A DNA stretch of 63,758 nucleotides, counting the filler, from Reticulomyxa filosa (Eukaryota > Protista > Foraminifera), in NCBI GenBank assembly GCA_000512085.1. It is 15 parts of 15 records of this genome, joined end to end, with 100 filler letters (N's around TTAATTAATTAA, not from the genome) between each part and the next. Parts side by side here need not be neighbours in the genome. Positions count along the whole stretch, not along the records: positions 12,537 to 13,559 come from ASPP01002219.1; positions 13,660 to 17,075 come from ASPP01021527.1; positions 17,176 to 19,138 come from ASPP01017210.1; positions 19,239 to 22,202 come from ASPP01007407.1; positions 22,303 to 23,584 come from ASPP01010869.1; positions 23,685 to 27,797 come from ASPP01006171.1; 9 more parts are not named here. One strand, written 5' to 3'. Below the pieces are notes generated by a model. That model searched no databases. It worked only from the letters and a program-made list of their open reading frames with translations, and was not told the origin of the DNA. The position numbers and the translations under genes were made by a program. Within the stretch, counting starts at the first letter, position 1. Each line of letters begins with the position of its first letter. This document shows positions 12,437 through 25,485 of the stretch, piece by piece.

Positions 12437-12536
12437 NNNNNNNNNNNNNNNNNNNNNNNNNNNNNNNNNNNNNNNNNNNNTTAATTAATTAANNNNNNNN
12501 NNNNNNNNNNNNNNNNNNNNNNNNNNNNNNNNNNNN
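12437..12536. other. Artificial contig spacer N44-TTAATTAATTAA-N44 (first of 14)
   Basis: Identical 100-nt spacers at 12437, 13560, 17076, 19139, 22203, 23585, 27798, 29418, 36753, 37854, 39606, 41549, 58628 and 62602. TTAATTAATTAA puts a stop in all six frames. Confidence 0.97.
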
Positions 12537-13500
12537 TTCCATGAAACAGTGCAATATCAAGAATTGGACAAGATTGCAAAGAATTTTAATGAAAACATAG
12601 AAACAAAGAGAAGTCCAAAATGCAGCGTATCCAGCTCCAGTTATGTGGCTGAGCAAAAGCAGAAAAGAGCACAAAAAATCGCCAACACAGAAACCAATCG
12701 ATGTATCCTGCTGAAGAATGTTTCCGCTCGGGAAACACTTCAAGAAATGGAATATGATATGGAGAACGATTTAAAAGCCTGCCATCATAAAAGTGACATT
12801 TTCGAACACAAAAAATGCAAAAAGGGCAGTGAGAGAGAAGACTATTGGCATTGAATATATAAGTACTATGATAAATATCGAAGTCGTCCAAGATTACACT
12901 TCCATCAGTGCAAGAATTGCTTTGGACTCAATTTAGCCAAAGATTGCGTCAAGAAAAGAAAGTGCAAATTTTGTGGACGAACGAATCACGCTTCCGGATG
13001 ATTGCTATCACAAAAGAAATGCAAAGAGAAGGGGATGTATTTTGTGCAAAGACAATCAGGCGACTCCATTTTATGTCCTATCATCCAGAAAACAATGTCA
13101 AAGATTGGATCATTTTCCAGAATAATATCAACGGCTTCGATTCGAAAGCTCAACTGCTGGAGCAGAACCTCCGATAAGTTCCAAGTCTCGGGGTATGAGT
13201 CGATATCTCAATATGATCTTCATCTCTAATAGATATCCGCAGTAACTGGAGAAATGACTGCGATGAACTAGATGTTCACTCCGATCATCTTCCAATCTCA
13301 TTCAACATGAGAGCAGACCGGTCGTCATCCAAGATCGAGAAACAGAGGATCAAAACTTGGAATTTGAGGAGTGAAAAATGAGAAGTATTTCGCCATGCAT
13401 TGGCACAGACTGCAAGAATGGCAACAATTACTGCCACAATATCTCTCCAATGACCCACACATGTTGGATATAGCAGTCAAACAATGGACAGGATGCGTTT
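12537..13500 (+). mobile_element. Degenerate non-LTR retrotransposon (LINE) fragment: ORF1 zinc knuckles plus partial APE endonuclease
   Basis: ~12880-13000 reads KYRSRPRLHFHQCKNCFGLNLAKDCVKKRKCKFCGRTNH (CCHC-knuckle-like). ~13105-13140 reads WIIFQNNINGF (APE N-terminal motif). ~13262-13380 reads DELDVHSDHLPISFNM..IKTWNLRSEK (APE SDH motif). Stops, frameshifts and an internal deletion are present. Confidence 0.8.
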
Positions 13501-13660
13501 TTTTTTTTTTTTTAAGATGGAAAGAATGTAATTTGTTAAATTGACACAAAGGTAAAATANNNNNNNNNNNNNNNNNNNNNNNNNNNNNNNNNNNNNNNNN
13601 NNNTTAATTAATTAANNNNNNNNNNNNNNNNNNNNNNNNNNNNNNNNNNNNNNNNNNNNC

Positions 13661-15245
13661 CGAGGAGACAGAGGAGACAGAGGAGACCGAGGAGACCGAG
13701 GAGATCGAGGAGATCGAGGAGACCGAGATAGAGACAGAGACAGAGATTGGAATCGGGGAAGAGGCCGAGGGCGAGGTCGAGAAAACTTTCAATACGATCG
13801 TCCTTTTAACAAAGAAGGAAAATATAATAACAGAGGTAACCGAGGCAAGTCCAGATATCGAGACAGACCGAGTAATTTAGGACGTGTATCGGAACATGCG
13901 GCAAAGTCATATCCCCCTGAAGAAATCAAAGAGCAAGGACAATTGCCGACATTCATTCAGTCCGGTCTGAACTCTCAAGGTATTGTCAAATGGAAACCAG
14001 TGCAAGATAAAAGCCTTTCCTCTTTGACCTCGGGCAAGGATACCATCATATTATCGCCCGCAGGAAGTGGCAAAACAACGCTTTTGTCTATTATTGCCTT
14101 GTATCGATTGTATGTGAAGAAGGATCCTGCCCATGTCATTGTCATTTGTGGAGATGAAACTCACTGCAATTACGTGACAGAGTTTATTTGGCAATTGGGC
14201 GCAGACGTACCTGATTTACACATTGAAAGTATTCCTAAGCAATTCAATGTAGACTTTGACTTTAAATATGGTCGAAATATTTTTGTTGGTAGGTGTTATT
14301 TATTTTTATTACTATTATTATTATTATTATTTTTTGTTTTGTTTTGTTTTGTTACTTGGTTTACCTCTCAACCTTTAAACTTGCTTGTTTGTTTACTTCA
14401 ATTTTTTTGGTAAGGCACACCATTCGGAATCAGCACTTTGTGTTCCCGTGGCGGCTCCTCGCTGGCAGATAACTTAACTGGAGTCTATGTATTGGATTGT
14501 GACACGACATTGTCATTATTGATGGAAGACGTCCAAGAGGCATTCAAGAAAATCCCATCTGGTATTCATTGCTCTCTGTTCTCCAATTCATGGTGTGCCA
14601 CGGTTGCACAGACAGCAAAGTTAATTGTGGAGTCACCCAGTGTTATTGATCTGCGATCGCAACAACGCTTTTATCACTGGTTCTCCGACGTTGGGAAAAA
14701 TGAAAAGTTTGAAAAACTCGTGGAATTTTGCAACTCCAACCCACATAAAACAGGCCTTATTTGGTGCAATTACTTCCCGGAAGCAAAAGAAATAGCAAAC
14801 ATTTTGAAAGAAAATGAAATTACCCATGAGGTTAATGACAAATATGGGGAGCACCACAAATTTGTCGAAGATTTTGCCAATGGACGATTCTCATATCTTA
14901 TTTGCTATACAAATTCTCCAGTTTTGTTTGCCAGCTTCTGTAACCCTAAATTGTCGTCATGTAATTAGCTCTTTTTTTTTTTTTTTTGTTTGTTTCTTGA
15001 TGCAATAGACGCATTTACTGTGGAAAGCGCAATCCCGGGTAATGTTGATGTTCAGTTTGTATTCGTCGGATCAATACAGTAAACGAATAGCCTGCACAGG
15101 TGTGACAAATGCTCCTGTCCATATACTATCTTTGGCATCGCAAATTGACAAGGATGCTCTAAAGCAAGTCGAAGAAATTTGCAGCATTGAAATAAAGCCG
15201 TTGCAAAATCTGAGCGTATTGTCCCAAGGTGGAGGATCCAAATGA
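13661..15245 (+). CDS. DEAD-box-fold protein (eIF4A/DDX6-like) with degenerate motifs and an N-terminal RGD/RD/RG repeat; 5' end lost at the gap
   Basis: (RGD)7-RD-RG N-terminus is in frame with a Q-motif (GIVKWKPVQ), motif I (SPAGSGKT), IFVG|TPFG, VYVLDCD, LFSNS, LIWCN and YSKRIACTG. Introns at ~14289-14414 and ~14921-15008. Confidence 0.8.
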
Positions 15246-15985
15246 AACATCACAAAACTTGGAAAAATGTCAATCAAGCTCTAATCATGACATTAACATC
15301 TTTTTATCATGTGATTATCATTTTTTTTGTTGTTGTTCTTTTCTTCAGCCTTCGCAAAATTGTTGTGCTTTCCTATTTTGTGTGTAGTTTTGTAAGAAAA
15401 GAATGCGACAAAAATAGAGTTTTTCAGTGCCTCACACAGACTTTTTTTCTTTTTCTCTGAGTGGATTATTAAAAAAAAAACGTTTAGAAAGCAGTTACAG
15501 TATTTTTGAGATTAAATGTTTTTTTTTGCTGTTAAAATTTTATTTTTCACAAAATTATTCTGTCTTAAATATGGTTTGTGTGAAAGATCAAAGCACATCA
15601 ATGTGTGTTCCAATTTTGCTTCTATTTGTGTTATCTTGTTGCGGTATTATTTTATTTGCACAACTTCTTCATTTCTGTCAAGACCACTACATAAAAAGCT
15701 TCAAGTGTTGAGCAAAACAATGATAAGATTTTTTACTGTGGACATACATTGCTTTGAAAATAAAGCAGTTTCTTAAAACTCTATCTTTTATATTTAATTA
15801 AATGGTTCATTCTTATTCACTATCTTAAAGCGTTAAACTCCAAACAATACAAAAAAAAAAGAAATGTGGCTATTTTGGTGAATGGTAATAAAGGCCAAAG
15901 TGTTAAAATGAGAAAAGACAAAGAAAACGAGTGACAAAAAAAAAACATAGGAAACTGATTCCTCCGTTGTTGCCTTTCACATATA

Positions 15986-17050
15986 ATGCAGGACAAACTT
16001 TCCCATCCAATTTTACCAAACTGTTTTCCTTCAGTGGAAGCAAATGCAGGAACAAAATTATGCAGTTCAAGTTTATTTACGCCTCTTGTTTTGTCTCCAA
16101 ATGTTTTTGCACTGTCATCATTGATATTTGCAAAAAATCCTTTCTCAAATACGTTAGCGACAGCTCCAGACGTATTAAGTTTCGACCATGTCCGATCATT
16201 GCAGAGCAATGTGACCAGTGGCCGAAGCAACCAGCACGTTGATCCAAGGAGCGAATTGATGTCCTATAAGACTGCACATGAAAACGTACAGGTGTCAAAC
16301 GTTGGATTGTTGCCGTCGCCATTGTCGACCAAGAGTTTAAACCTAGTTAGTTTTGGCAAAGAAGCAGTGACAGACTCTCAACATTTGGAGCAATCGCAAA
16401 AAGTAATTAGCCCGTTTCAACCTTTCTTCCAACCCGCATCATCCTCTTTGCCGTCTTCGCTTTCTTTTCAGCCGAGCTCTCGCGTACATGACCGCGCAAC
16501 TCCACAAACGCTATTGTCGACGACACCCCAATCAGCAACAGTAATGGCAACAGCAACAGCCTTCGATCAAAGTGCAAGTGCAAAGATGGACAGCAAACAT
16601 GTCAGAACAATTAGTACCAACAGCACAAATAGTAGTATAATCACAAACTCTATATTTCAAAGCAATGCGAATTATTCCTACGCTCTGTCACCCTCCTCCT
16701 ATGGTACGTATACTACACCAACAACAACAACGACGAATACTACCATTGCGAATAATCATCATCCCGGTCTTAGCAATGCTACGTTTAGCAGTGTTCACAT
16801 TGGCATGGGATACTCGTCCCCGTCGTCGACATTGATCTCGAGTATCCCGCAGGCGCAATCCTTTTATGCCGTTCCCGGGACGATGGATCCCTCACGAATG
16901 TACTGTACCAGCAGCACAACGCCAAGCACCACAACGTACGTAAGCAACCCGTATGGCATGTATTGTACGACCTCCCCTTATGCGACCTGTTCGTCGCCTT
17001 ACGCCACTCAGTTGAATATGACTGCAATCACGTCGACAACGGGACACAGA
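15986..17050 (+). CDS. Ser/Thr/Pro-rich low-complexity protein (probably continues beyond the gap)
   Basis: 362-aa ORF with elevated GC and weak internal repeats (MYCTSST / MYCTTSP / SPYAT); no domain recognised. Confidence 0.55.
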
Positions 17051-17284
17051 AGTTTAAATAAAATATTTTTTTAGTNNNNNNNNNNNNNNNNNNNNNNNNN
17101 NNNNNNNNNNNNNNNNNNNTTAATTAATTAANNNNNNNNNNNNNNNNNNNNNNNNNNNNNNNNNNNNNNNNNNNNATGACGCATCGCTCTCATTTTTGCA
17201 AATCGTCCATACGTAGAATAAAGTTTTACTCGATACATTGAGATTTCAAAAGATACACCAAAAACACACTTTTCTAGAACTCGG

Positions 17285-17401
17285 AAAAAAAAAAAGGCAA
17301 GGAAGACAAAAGCAAAAAGAAAGAGTTAAATTGGGCGGCGCCTGAGGCGCCGCCTTATTTAACTCCTTCTTTTTCGCTTTTTCCTTCCTTTGCTTTTTTT
17401 T
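17285..17401. repeat. Hairpin element copy 1 (GC core with A-rich/T-rich arms)
   Basis: Perfect 9-bp stem ggcggcgcc-tga-ggcgccgcc (17334-17354), extended by gagttaaat/atttaactc and complementary purine/pyrimidine arms. Confidence 0.7.
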
Positions 17402-19452
17402 AAATTTGGATGCATAATTAGAGTGTTAATGAAATTGAGCATGCAGAGTAAATGCGATTGGGTTGGAATTGATGAAATTATTTAATTTACAATTAAAAGA
17501 CTTGTTGTTGCTTATTCAATTGTAAGAAACAAACAATATAAAATATAATTGATTTTTGCAATTCGTCTGAAAAAGATAATAAAGTAACATGTGTGATAAT
17601 AATCAATAAGTAAAAGAAATCAAGAATTTAGTCAAAGAATTACATAAAATAATTGTTAAGATGATGAATACATAATTTTTTGTTATTGCGCAGCAGTTAG
17701 TATCAATAGGATGAAGAAAATTAATTAGATGATAATTAAAAAAATGAAATGGGAATTATATTTGAAGAAATTGTAGAATAGAATATCGTAATTAGAAAAG
17801 AAAATAAGATTGGTAATCTGTTCCTAGACTATAGTAAAAAAATAAAAATTATTATGACGTTGTGACACTAATCGATAGATTTCATAGATTTAAAAAGATA
17901 AGTAAATATAAATGATTTACGAATAAAAATCATAGTCGAAATAAACAATACATTATTTCGTATGGAAAAAGAAATAATAAAGAAAATGTTTTTAAAGAAT
18001 GCAAAAGAATTAACATTACACATAGTGTTGATTACTTGATTCAAACTAAGATAAAGAGCATTATCAATAATTCAAAGCTATTTGTTTTGATTATACAGTT
18101 TATGTTTTCTGTTTCAGCAACGACATTTAATACATTTGACAATTTATTCAAAAATAATAACATAAATTCATTTAAATTTAACTGTTAATGTTGCCACTGT
18201 TTGTAATTATAGTTTTTCATCTTAAAATCTAGTCGCCCGGCCGTTTCGCTGATTTTTTGAATATTTCCGTATTTGAAAGATGTTTGCCAAAACGTATTTT
18301 TTTGCAAGAGAAGCATCAAAAAGAACTTTTTGAGACTGGAAGATGATGAAATATGGATTTTTTCATTTGCATTTGATCAGTATGTGTAGATATAATTTAA
18401 AAAATTTTTCTAAAAAATAGCATATATTTAGTTTGTTTCATCACAGACACGCTGTTGTCCAACAGAGGATATAATTATTAAATTAACAATAACGTAGCCA
18501 ATTGCAACTCTTCCAAAAGAAGATACTTTGAAACAATATCATCAAATGTCAAAAAGAATGGAAAAAATTTGTTTATATACTTCAAAAAGCATTAATCGTG
18601 TTGTGAGACGGATTACAACGAAGAAAAAACATCAAAAACGTCAACTCTCCCTTTTCCCCCATTTACTGGCGTCAATACAAACATTCGTCACAAACATATT
18701 ATGGTTCTATGGGCTACAAACGAACACCAACATAAAGAAAACCAAAAAATAGGGCAAAACAAAAAGAAATAATAAAACAAAAAAGATGAATGAAAGAGGA
18801 AAAGAGAGTAAAATTTAGAAAACAAGCCACAAAAACACCAATTTCGGTACCATATTTTCAAACATTCATTTAACATCCAGATAAAATCGTCGCAAACTGC
18901 AACCCTCTGATTATATTTTCTCTGTCTTGGCAGTTATTTTGCTTTAACAATCATACCCAACGAACAACGACCACAAAAAAAAAAAAACTACAACAACAAA
19001 AAAAAAAATAAACCCAAAGAAGACAGTATAGAACAAAAAGTTACAGAGGAAAAAAATTTCCATAATAATAGTTTTACTGACAGGTTTATTTTTTTATTTA
19101 TTTTTCGGCAATTGGAGAATCAACACAACAACAAAAAANNNNNNNNNNNNNNNNNNNNNNNNNNNNNNNNNNNNNNNNNNNNTTAATTAATTAANNNNNN
19201 NNNNNNNNNNNNNNNNNNNNNNNNNNNNNNNNNNNNNNAAAACTAATGCAAAAATCATTTGCAAAGTCATATCTGTCCATATGTTCTTCAAAATTATTGT
19301 GCCAAATGCAGAAAATACAATATTTGTCACAACAAACAAAACAATAAATATGACTTAGTGCAATAACTCAGAATTAACAATATTCCTAACTTCGACATAA
19401 ACAAAATGTTAACGTTATCAAAATAACACATTAAAAATAAGGACAATATTTT

Positions 19453-19555
19453 ATGGATAAAAAAAAGTGAAAAAAATAAAGAAAAGATTAAATAAGGCGG
19501 TATCTTAGGTACCGCCGGATTTAATCATTTTATTTGTTTATTTTTTTTTATCCAT
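19453..19555. repeat. Hairpin element copy 2, inverted relative to copy 1
   Basis: Core ggcggtatc-tta-ggtaccgcc (19496-19516) within gattaaat/atttaatc and outer atggataaaaaaaa/ttttttttatccat arms. Its reverse complement aligns with copy 1. Confidence 0.7.
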
Positions 19556-20100
19556 TGGTGTCTCTGGTTTGTTGTCGCCATGACAAAGAAAGCACTGCTT
19601 AAAATGCAGACTGAAACAGAAGGGATTTTTAATTTGAATACTTTGAAAGTATATTTTTTAGATGGCAAATGAATTAAGTTGGAGGCAGTTTATAAAAGTT
19701 GTATCTCGTTAGGTGCAAAATCAGTTTTATGATACTTTGTTGCCAAACATTTTTTTTTATTTGTTCAAAATAAGATGGAAAATTTATGAAAGGGTTAAAG
19801 AGATACATAGCAAAATACAACGTTGTGGAATTAAAAATGCTTTTTTTTGCATAAGTTTTTTACGTACTTGCAATTGGAAATAAATTTTATCCGTTCAGGT
19901 TTTTAGTCTATGTTTAGATCATGATTTAAAAAAATATGTATTTATTTGAAGTGACTATGAAAAACGAAGGATAATTTAGAAAGGTGTTTTTGAATATCAC
20001 GAGGAAATTCACAAATTGTTTAATCGTGACACATTACAGTAGACAAAGAAAAAATAGAAAACAGTATTTTTTTTTTGGGAAAGCCTAAATCATTATCAAG

Positions 20101-21067
20101 ATGAGCGCCATGTCTCACGGACAGCTCTTTCATGTTCTATCTCTCCCTTCAAGTGAAGTCAGCACAATTTCGAATGAAGCAACAACGAGTGAAAATGTAG
20201 CGTCCATTGTAGAGCGAGTGGAGAGCGAAAAGAAGCAGATTATAGAAGCGTACGAGCGACAATTGCATGTGCGTAGTTTCCTGACTTAAAGCAAATGAAT
20301 TTGTTGATTTGGCTTTTTTTTATACCGGCACTTTTTTGTTTAACAAAAGTCGAACATTGTTGCGCATAATACAAACACACATTATAATATACACATATTG
20401 CAATCACAAAAAAAAAAAAAAAAGCGACTAATGTCACATTTAAGTGTATCCCTAAAGCATATCGAGTTTTTGGAATCGTATCGAAAGCGACAGAACGAAA
20501 ACGGGAAAGCGGAGACGAAGGACGTGCGAGCAAAGGACGAGCGAAAAGAAAGACACGAAGAGTGCAACTACATGTATATGCACCGACAGATTTACTGTTT
20601 AAATGAGGAGTTGGTATTGCAGCGAGAAATGTATCAAAAGAAGGTGATGTACATATCAGACGAGCACAGTAAGGAAATCCAAAAGTTGCAAGGACAAATT
20701 CAGTCATTGCAGCACATTATTAATGATGTGAAAAAATATGATCCCTTGCATAATCATCGATCCATTGATGATCAAGCAAAAACCACTACTACTACTACTA
20801 CTACTACTAGTGCAGTTGTCGCTGCATCGACCCCCTCACCTCTCACTCATCCTACAGCCGTCGTCGACAGCACAGATACTACCAATCCTATTGACAAGGA
20901 AGAAGACCAAGATATTGCAATGCTGAAGCAATCCTTCAACTCCTTGCGTCGCACCCTTTCTAAACGAACTATGCGCGGAAGCGATCTGCAAAAGCAAGTC
21001 GAAAATCTAAAGCTTGAAAATGAAATGTTACAAGTTTAAATCTATACTTTATAAAATATATATGTAC

Positions 21068-21119
<52 letters not shown>

Positions 21120-22156
21120 GTATATATGTATATGTATGGTATATACATATATATGTATATACATATATACATACATATATATATATATATATACATATAT
21201 ATAATGAAGGAGAGACTGAGAGAGCGGCCAGGATATGAGACGGAAGTGGCGATAGAGCCAGTGCGACGAGTGCGCAGTGGAACGGTGTTAGAGAAGTCGG
21301 AAACGGTGGACATATCGTTGTTTGCGGCGCCGCCGCCGCCGCCGCCGCTGCGTGGGAACGGCAATGCCAGGAAAAGCACCGATGTGACGAAGGAGAGTGC
21401 AAATGAGAAAACGGACAATGGCAATGATAATGCAATGGCGGTCGAGTCATGGACTCCTTCATCAAACGGTGGTGATGAGATGATGATAATGACGAAGAAG
21501 GGAAAGAAAGAGTCGGATGAAAAACAGCTTGTGATAACGAAGGGACAGTACGAAGAGAAGCTGAATGGACTGCGTCGACAGCATATTGAGGAAATGGAGC
21601 AGTTGCGAGATGAGTATGTGAATCGACTGGAATACCAGCGACAAAACACGCAAGAGTACTTGAATCTGATGCTGCAAAAAACCGTGCTATCAAGCCACAC
21701 CAGTCGCGAGAACAATCGCACACCGAGATCGAAGACCAATGAGAGCGGTCGAAGAGCGAGTAAGACCACCGAGGACGCAGATGCAGATATAGATGCAGAT
21801 GCAGATGCAAATACAAATGCAAATACAAATGCAAATACAAATACAAATATAAATGAAGAAGAACAAGAGGTAGCCATCGTAGACAATGATATTGTCAAAC
21901 AAAGTGAGCGAAGAGATGGACGTGGTAGTAATCATGGCGATGATGGACTAGCCAAAGACTACGTCTACTACTCTTCCCAACCTCCCACGCGGACAGAGGA
22001 AGTCGTCCCCAAGCTCAAAGACACCGCCGTCATGGACCGTCTCAGCGTCATCGAAGCAAATTCGCATCTTCGCGAAGACAGTGTCAGCAATTCTGCCGAT
22101 GAAATTATACCCTCTTTGGTCATTGGATTGGATCATACTTTGGACCGAATTTTCAG

Positions 22157-22160
<4 letters not shown>
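20101..22160 (+). CDS. Multi-exon coiled-coil/low-complexity protein (3' end lost at the gap)
   Basis: Exons ~20101-20268, 20425-21033 and ~21210-22160, with coiled-coil stretches, poly-T, PPPPPP and DA/NT repeats. Intron 2 is largely a TA microsatellite. Confidence 0.6.
21052..21202. repeat. Intronic (TA)n/(TATG)/(TACA) microsatellite
   Basis: Directly visible dinucleotide-type repeat; similar tracts occur in introns at ~2240-2290, ~2955-2995 and ~3550-3610. Confidence 0.9.
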
Positions 22161-22201
<41 letters not shown>

Positions 22202-23235
22202 ANNNNNNNNNNNNNNNNNNNNNNNNNNNNNNNNNNNNNNNNNNNNTTAATTAATTAANNNNNNNNNNNNNNNNNNNNNNNNNNNNNNNNNNNNNNNNNN
22301 NNAAAAAAAAAAAAAAAAAAAAAAGACAACTGAGAAGTCGTGGTGCTTGTGGTGGTACCGGTGGTGTCAGTGCCATTGGTAGGACCTTTTTCCGTTGTCT
22401 GATTTCCGCTTCCTGAAGTGTCTTGTGTTTGCGAATCGAAACGGAACCCTTGCCCGATCCGGGACTGGTCATGCGCTGCATCTCTCCATGCTGCGACTTT
22501 GCGGGCGGACAATTGTCGTCCTGCCATTTGGTGCAATGCTGGGAGGGACGCACGAAAGCAACTTAGGTCGCTACGCTTCCTTGGCTGAATTGTCGCGCGC
22601 CAGATGTCGCTGCCAAATCGTTTTGAGTATAGCATTCGATGGAGTGGTTCTCAACACTGATACTTTGTTGAGTCGTTTTTGGGAGTGTTTACTTTGAAAT
22701 AAGTTGTGGACGAAATGCCCAAGATAATACCTTTTAAAAGCACAATTCTACTGATAAGATCGGATTGCTTTTTTTTTTTCGTTGAGCCGAAGCTTGTCTT
22801 GATGAACAAGTCTTTTTCCCATATCCCATCCTCCTGTCTTCTCTTTCTTTCCGCTCGGTTAATGCAGATAGACGCAAATATATTTTTCTAATTTTGGATT
22901 AGTACACGGTGAAAATATTTGTCAGAACAATTTCTGTGTTCAAGCAAGCGAAAGCATTTCAAACTTCTTGTGTCTTGATGATTAAAAAAAAAAGATCGTC
23001 CGCTTTAATTTGCAAAAAAAAAAATGAAGCCTGAACCAACGAATCGACTAATCAGAAATTACATCAAATTTTGCAGTAAAGTTAAAGCGTGCCATGTCCT
23101 TTACGAAGGAGCTCTGATGTTGGCAAAAAAAAAGAAAAAACTCCCATACGCGTTTATAACAGACAAAGTGAAATAAAAACAAAATTAAAAAAAAAACAAA
23201 AACTAAATTACGTTTTTCTCATAAAAGAATAAGAG

Positions 23236-23449
23236 ATGCTGCAAAATGGAGACTCTACTGACGAATTAACTGATGAGTTTGTTTCAAAAAGAAACTCAAA
23301 AACATCAAAAAAAGAAAGTGTTAACAAAGTACCAAACAACAAAAAAAATCAAGACAACGCGAGGCGTCCATCCAAGCCAGTGACCTATGACGTGGAGCTG
23401 GCGGACACGTATACATCTCATAGTCTTCCATTCTTTGACAACGAAGCAG
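23236..23449 (+). CDS. Probable first exon of an unidentified gene
   Basis: ATG-initiated hydrophilic ORF ending at a G|gttgaa donor; the contig ends shortly after. Confidence 0.3.
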
Positions 23450-25485
23450 GTTGAATAACGAACATTCCTTCTGTACATACCACATAATCCAAAGGGGTCA
23501 ATCGCATATGCATATATACTCTTCATCAGCAAAAAAAAAAACAAAAACAAAAACGTTTATATATATATATATATATATAATATCNNNNNNNNNNNNNNNN
23601 NNNNNNNNNNNNNNNNNNNNNNNNNNNNTTAATTAATTAANNNNNNNNNNNNNNNNNNNNNNNNNNNNNNNNNNNNNNNNNNNNTGGGAAAGGAAATTTT
23701 TTATGACATTTGCAAACTTTGGACAAAAACTTCGTTTACAAACGCAAAAGAGCTTTCGAAAACAAGAAATGGAAAGTAAACTTTTTTTTTCACAACTCAT
23801 CTTCTTGTTGGAAGTGTGGTTTATACTTGGCTTTAAGACAATCTTTTAGTTTATATTAGATTTTTTCTCGATTTTATAGTTGAAAGGAACTTACATTATC
23901 TCTAGCACTCTCTTTCAGTTTCGGTTTTAACTTTATTTTATATACTTTTCAGATGTTTTGCCAAAATAATATTGCAATTCATGACAAACGCAAAATTGAA
24001 AAAACATTGTTTCCAGCGACTGGTAGAATTACGACAACTTAGCCCCAATGATAATTTGCCATGACGTAGTATTTGTACTTGGGCCTGCAATTATTGTTGT
24101 TTGGTAACACTTTTCACAATTTGATTTGTTGTGATAATATAGTAAAAGTTGATGCAGAACTTGAAGCATTTGAAAATTGCTTTCAATCTAACTTATTCAA
24201 ACTAAGATGATGGAACACAAATCACGAAACTGTGAGACGTCAGCCAGAAAAGAGTTCGCACTAAATGTAATACGAAAGAGCTTTTTTTTGCTCAAAGAGC
24301 CTGATTTTCAACAAACAAGTAAAGTAAAACAAATGAAAGAGAAATGACAAGGCAAAGTGAACAAGGTTGTAAAAAGAAGTTTAACCCACTAGGGGTTCCT
24401 CAGGTCCTCCCGAGTTCAAGCCTTTAGAATAGGGACTTGTACTACAGTTTTTTTGACAGATCTTAATTAGAAAATAAATTTTATTGATTATTGTTGAAAT
24501 GTTATATTTTCCAAAACTAGCTGAAATGGGGCAACAAAAAGTGAACCTGTTAAACAGGGAGTAGGACTCTTTTTTTGTTTTGTCTCTTACTTTCTTTATT
24601 CCTTTGAAAGTATAAATAACAAAACGTTTGACTCTGTTTTAGTTGTTGCTTTTAGCTCAAAGGATTCTTTTTATATTTCTTTGTAAAGTTCTTTTGTTTT
24701 TTTTCTAAATTCCATTTGCTTTGATGCTTCTTTAAAAATTCTGTTTTCTCTGTAATAGTTGCTTCGGTACGTAGTTCAATTAAATGTTCTTACGTTCAGC
24801 TTTATACAGTGACCTTTTTCTAGCTTCCTTTTTTAAAAAGATATAGCAAATTAACAAAAAAAATTACTTTCTTGCTTTCTGCCTAGAAGTACGTTACAAC
24901 CGATTTCTAGTCATTTTTCTGAATGTTTGAAAATTATTTTTAGTGTTGTAACGTGTTTAAAATGTATGTGCAAATTTTTGCTCAGACAAAATAGCATGCA
25001 ATAACAAAAAAATTATGTGGTCCTATTTTTACGAATCTTTTAAAAGTGTTCCATTTGATTTTGTTCAGAACACAAAGCAAAAAAAAACCAAAAACAAATA
25101 AGCAAAAAGAACACAAAAAATAATTAAAAAAATCAAAAACTGAAAATCAAGCGGCATTAAACAAGAAATGGAGTTTACAAATCCAAATGAAAGCAAATGT
25201 GTACTTATAATCGTTTTCCTCCTTTTTATTTTGTTTGTACACTCTTATTGAAATACAATAGGAAAAAAAGGAGTACTACTATATCAGCAACTAAACACAA
25301 AACCACAAAGAATCATAAGAAAAAAAACAAGAAAGAATAAAAAAATCATCAAAATTTAAAAATGACATAGCACTATTTTAGCTTTGCTTCAGAAGCAAAA
25401 CTGAGCACACGCAAAAAAAAAAAAAAAAATAGAAAAAACAAGGAACAGAGAGAAAACAAACAAACAAACAAAATAATATAATGAT

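Noticed and set aside
12481-12492. Recurrent TTAATTAATTAA as a biological repeat or CRISPR-like direct repeat
   Set aside because: It is always centred in exactly 44+44 Ns and stops all six frames, so it is an assembly linker.
17410-18110. Possible decayed coding sequence in an AT-rich stretch
   Set aside because: Too many stops and no recognisable motif to support any call.
20969-21935. Minus-strand ORFs rich in YI, IC or LH dipeptides (also 11057-11533 on the plus strand)
   Set aside because: They are translations of microsatellites or antisense frames of real low-complexity exons.
22323-22860. GC-richer exon-like region
   Set aside because: Probably coding, but the strand and frame could not be resolved and no motif was found.
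24390-24430. GAGTTCAAGCC as a Pol III box B of a tRNA or SINE
   Set aside because: No cloverleaf, no convincing box A and no second copy.
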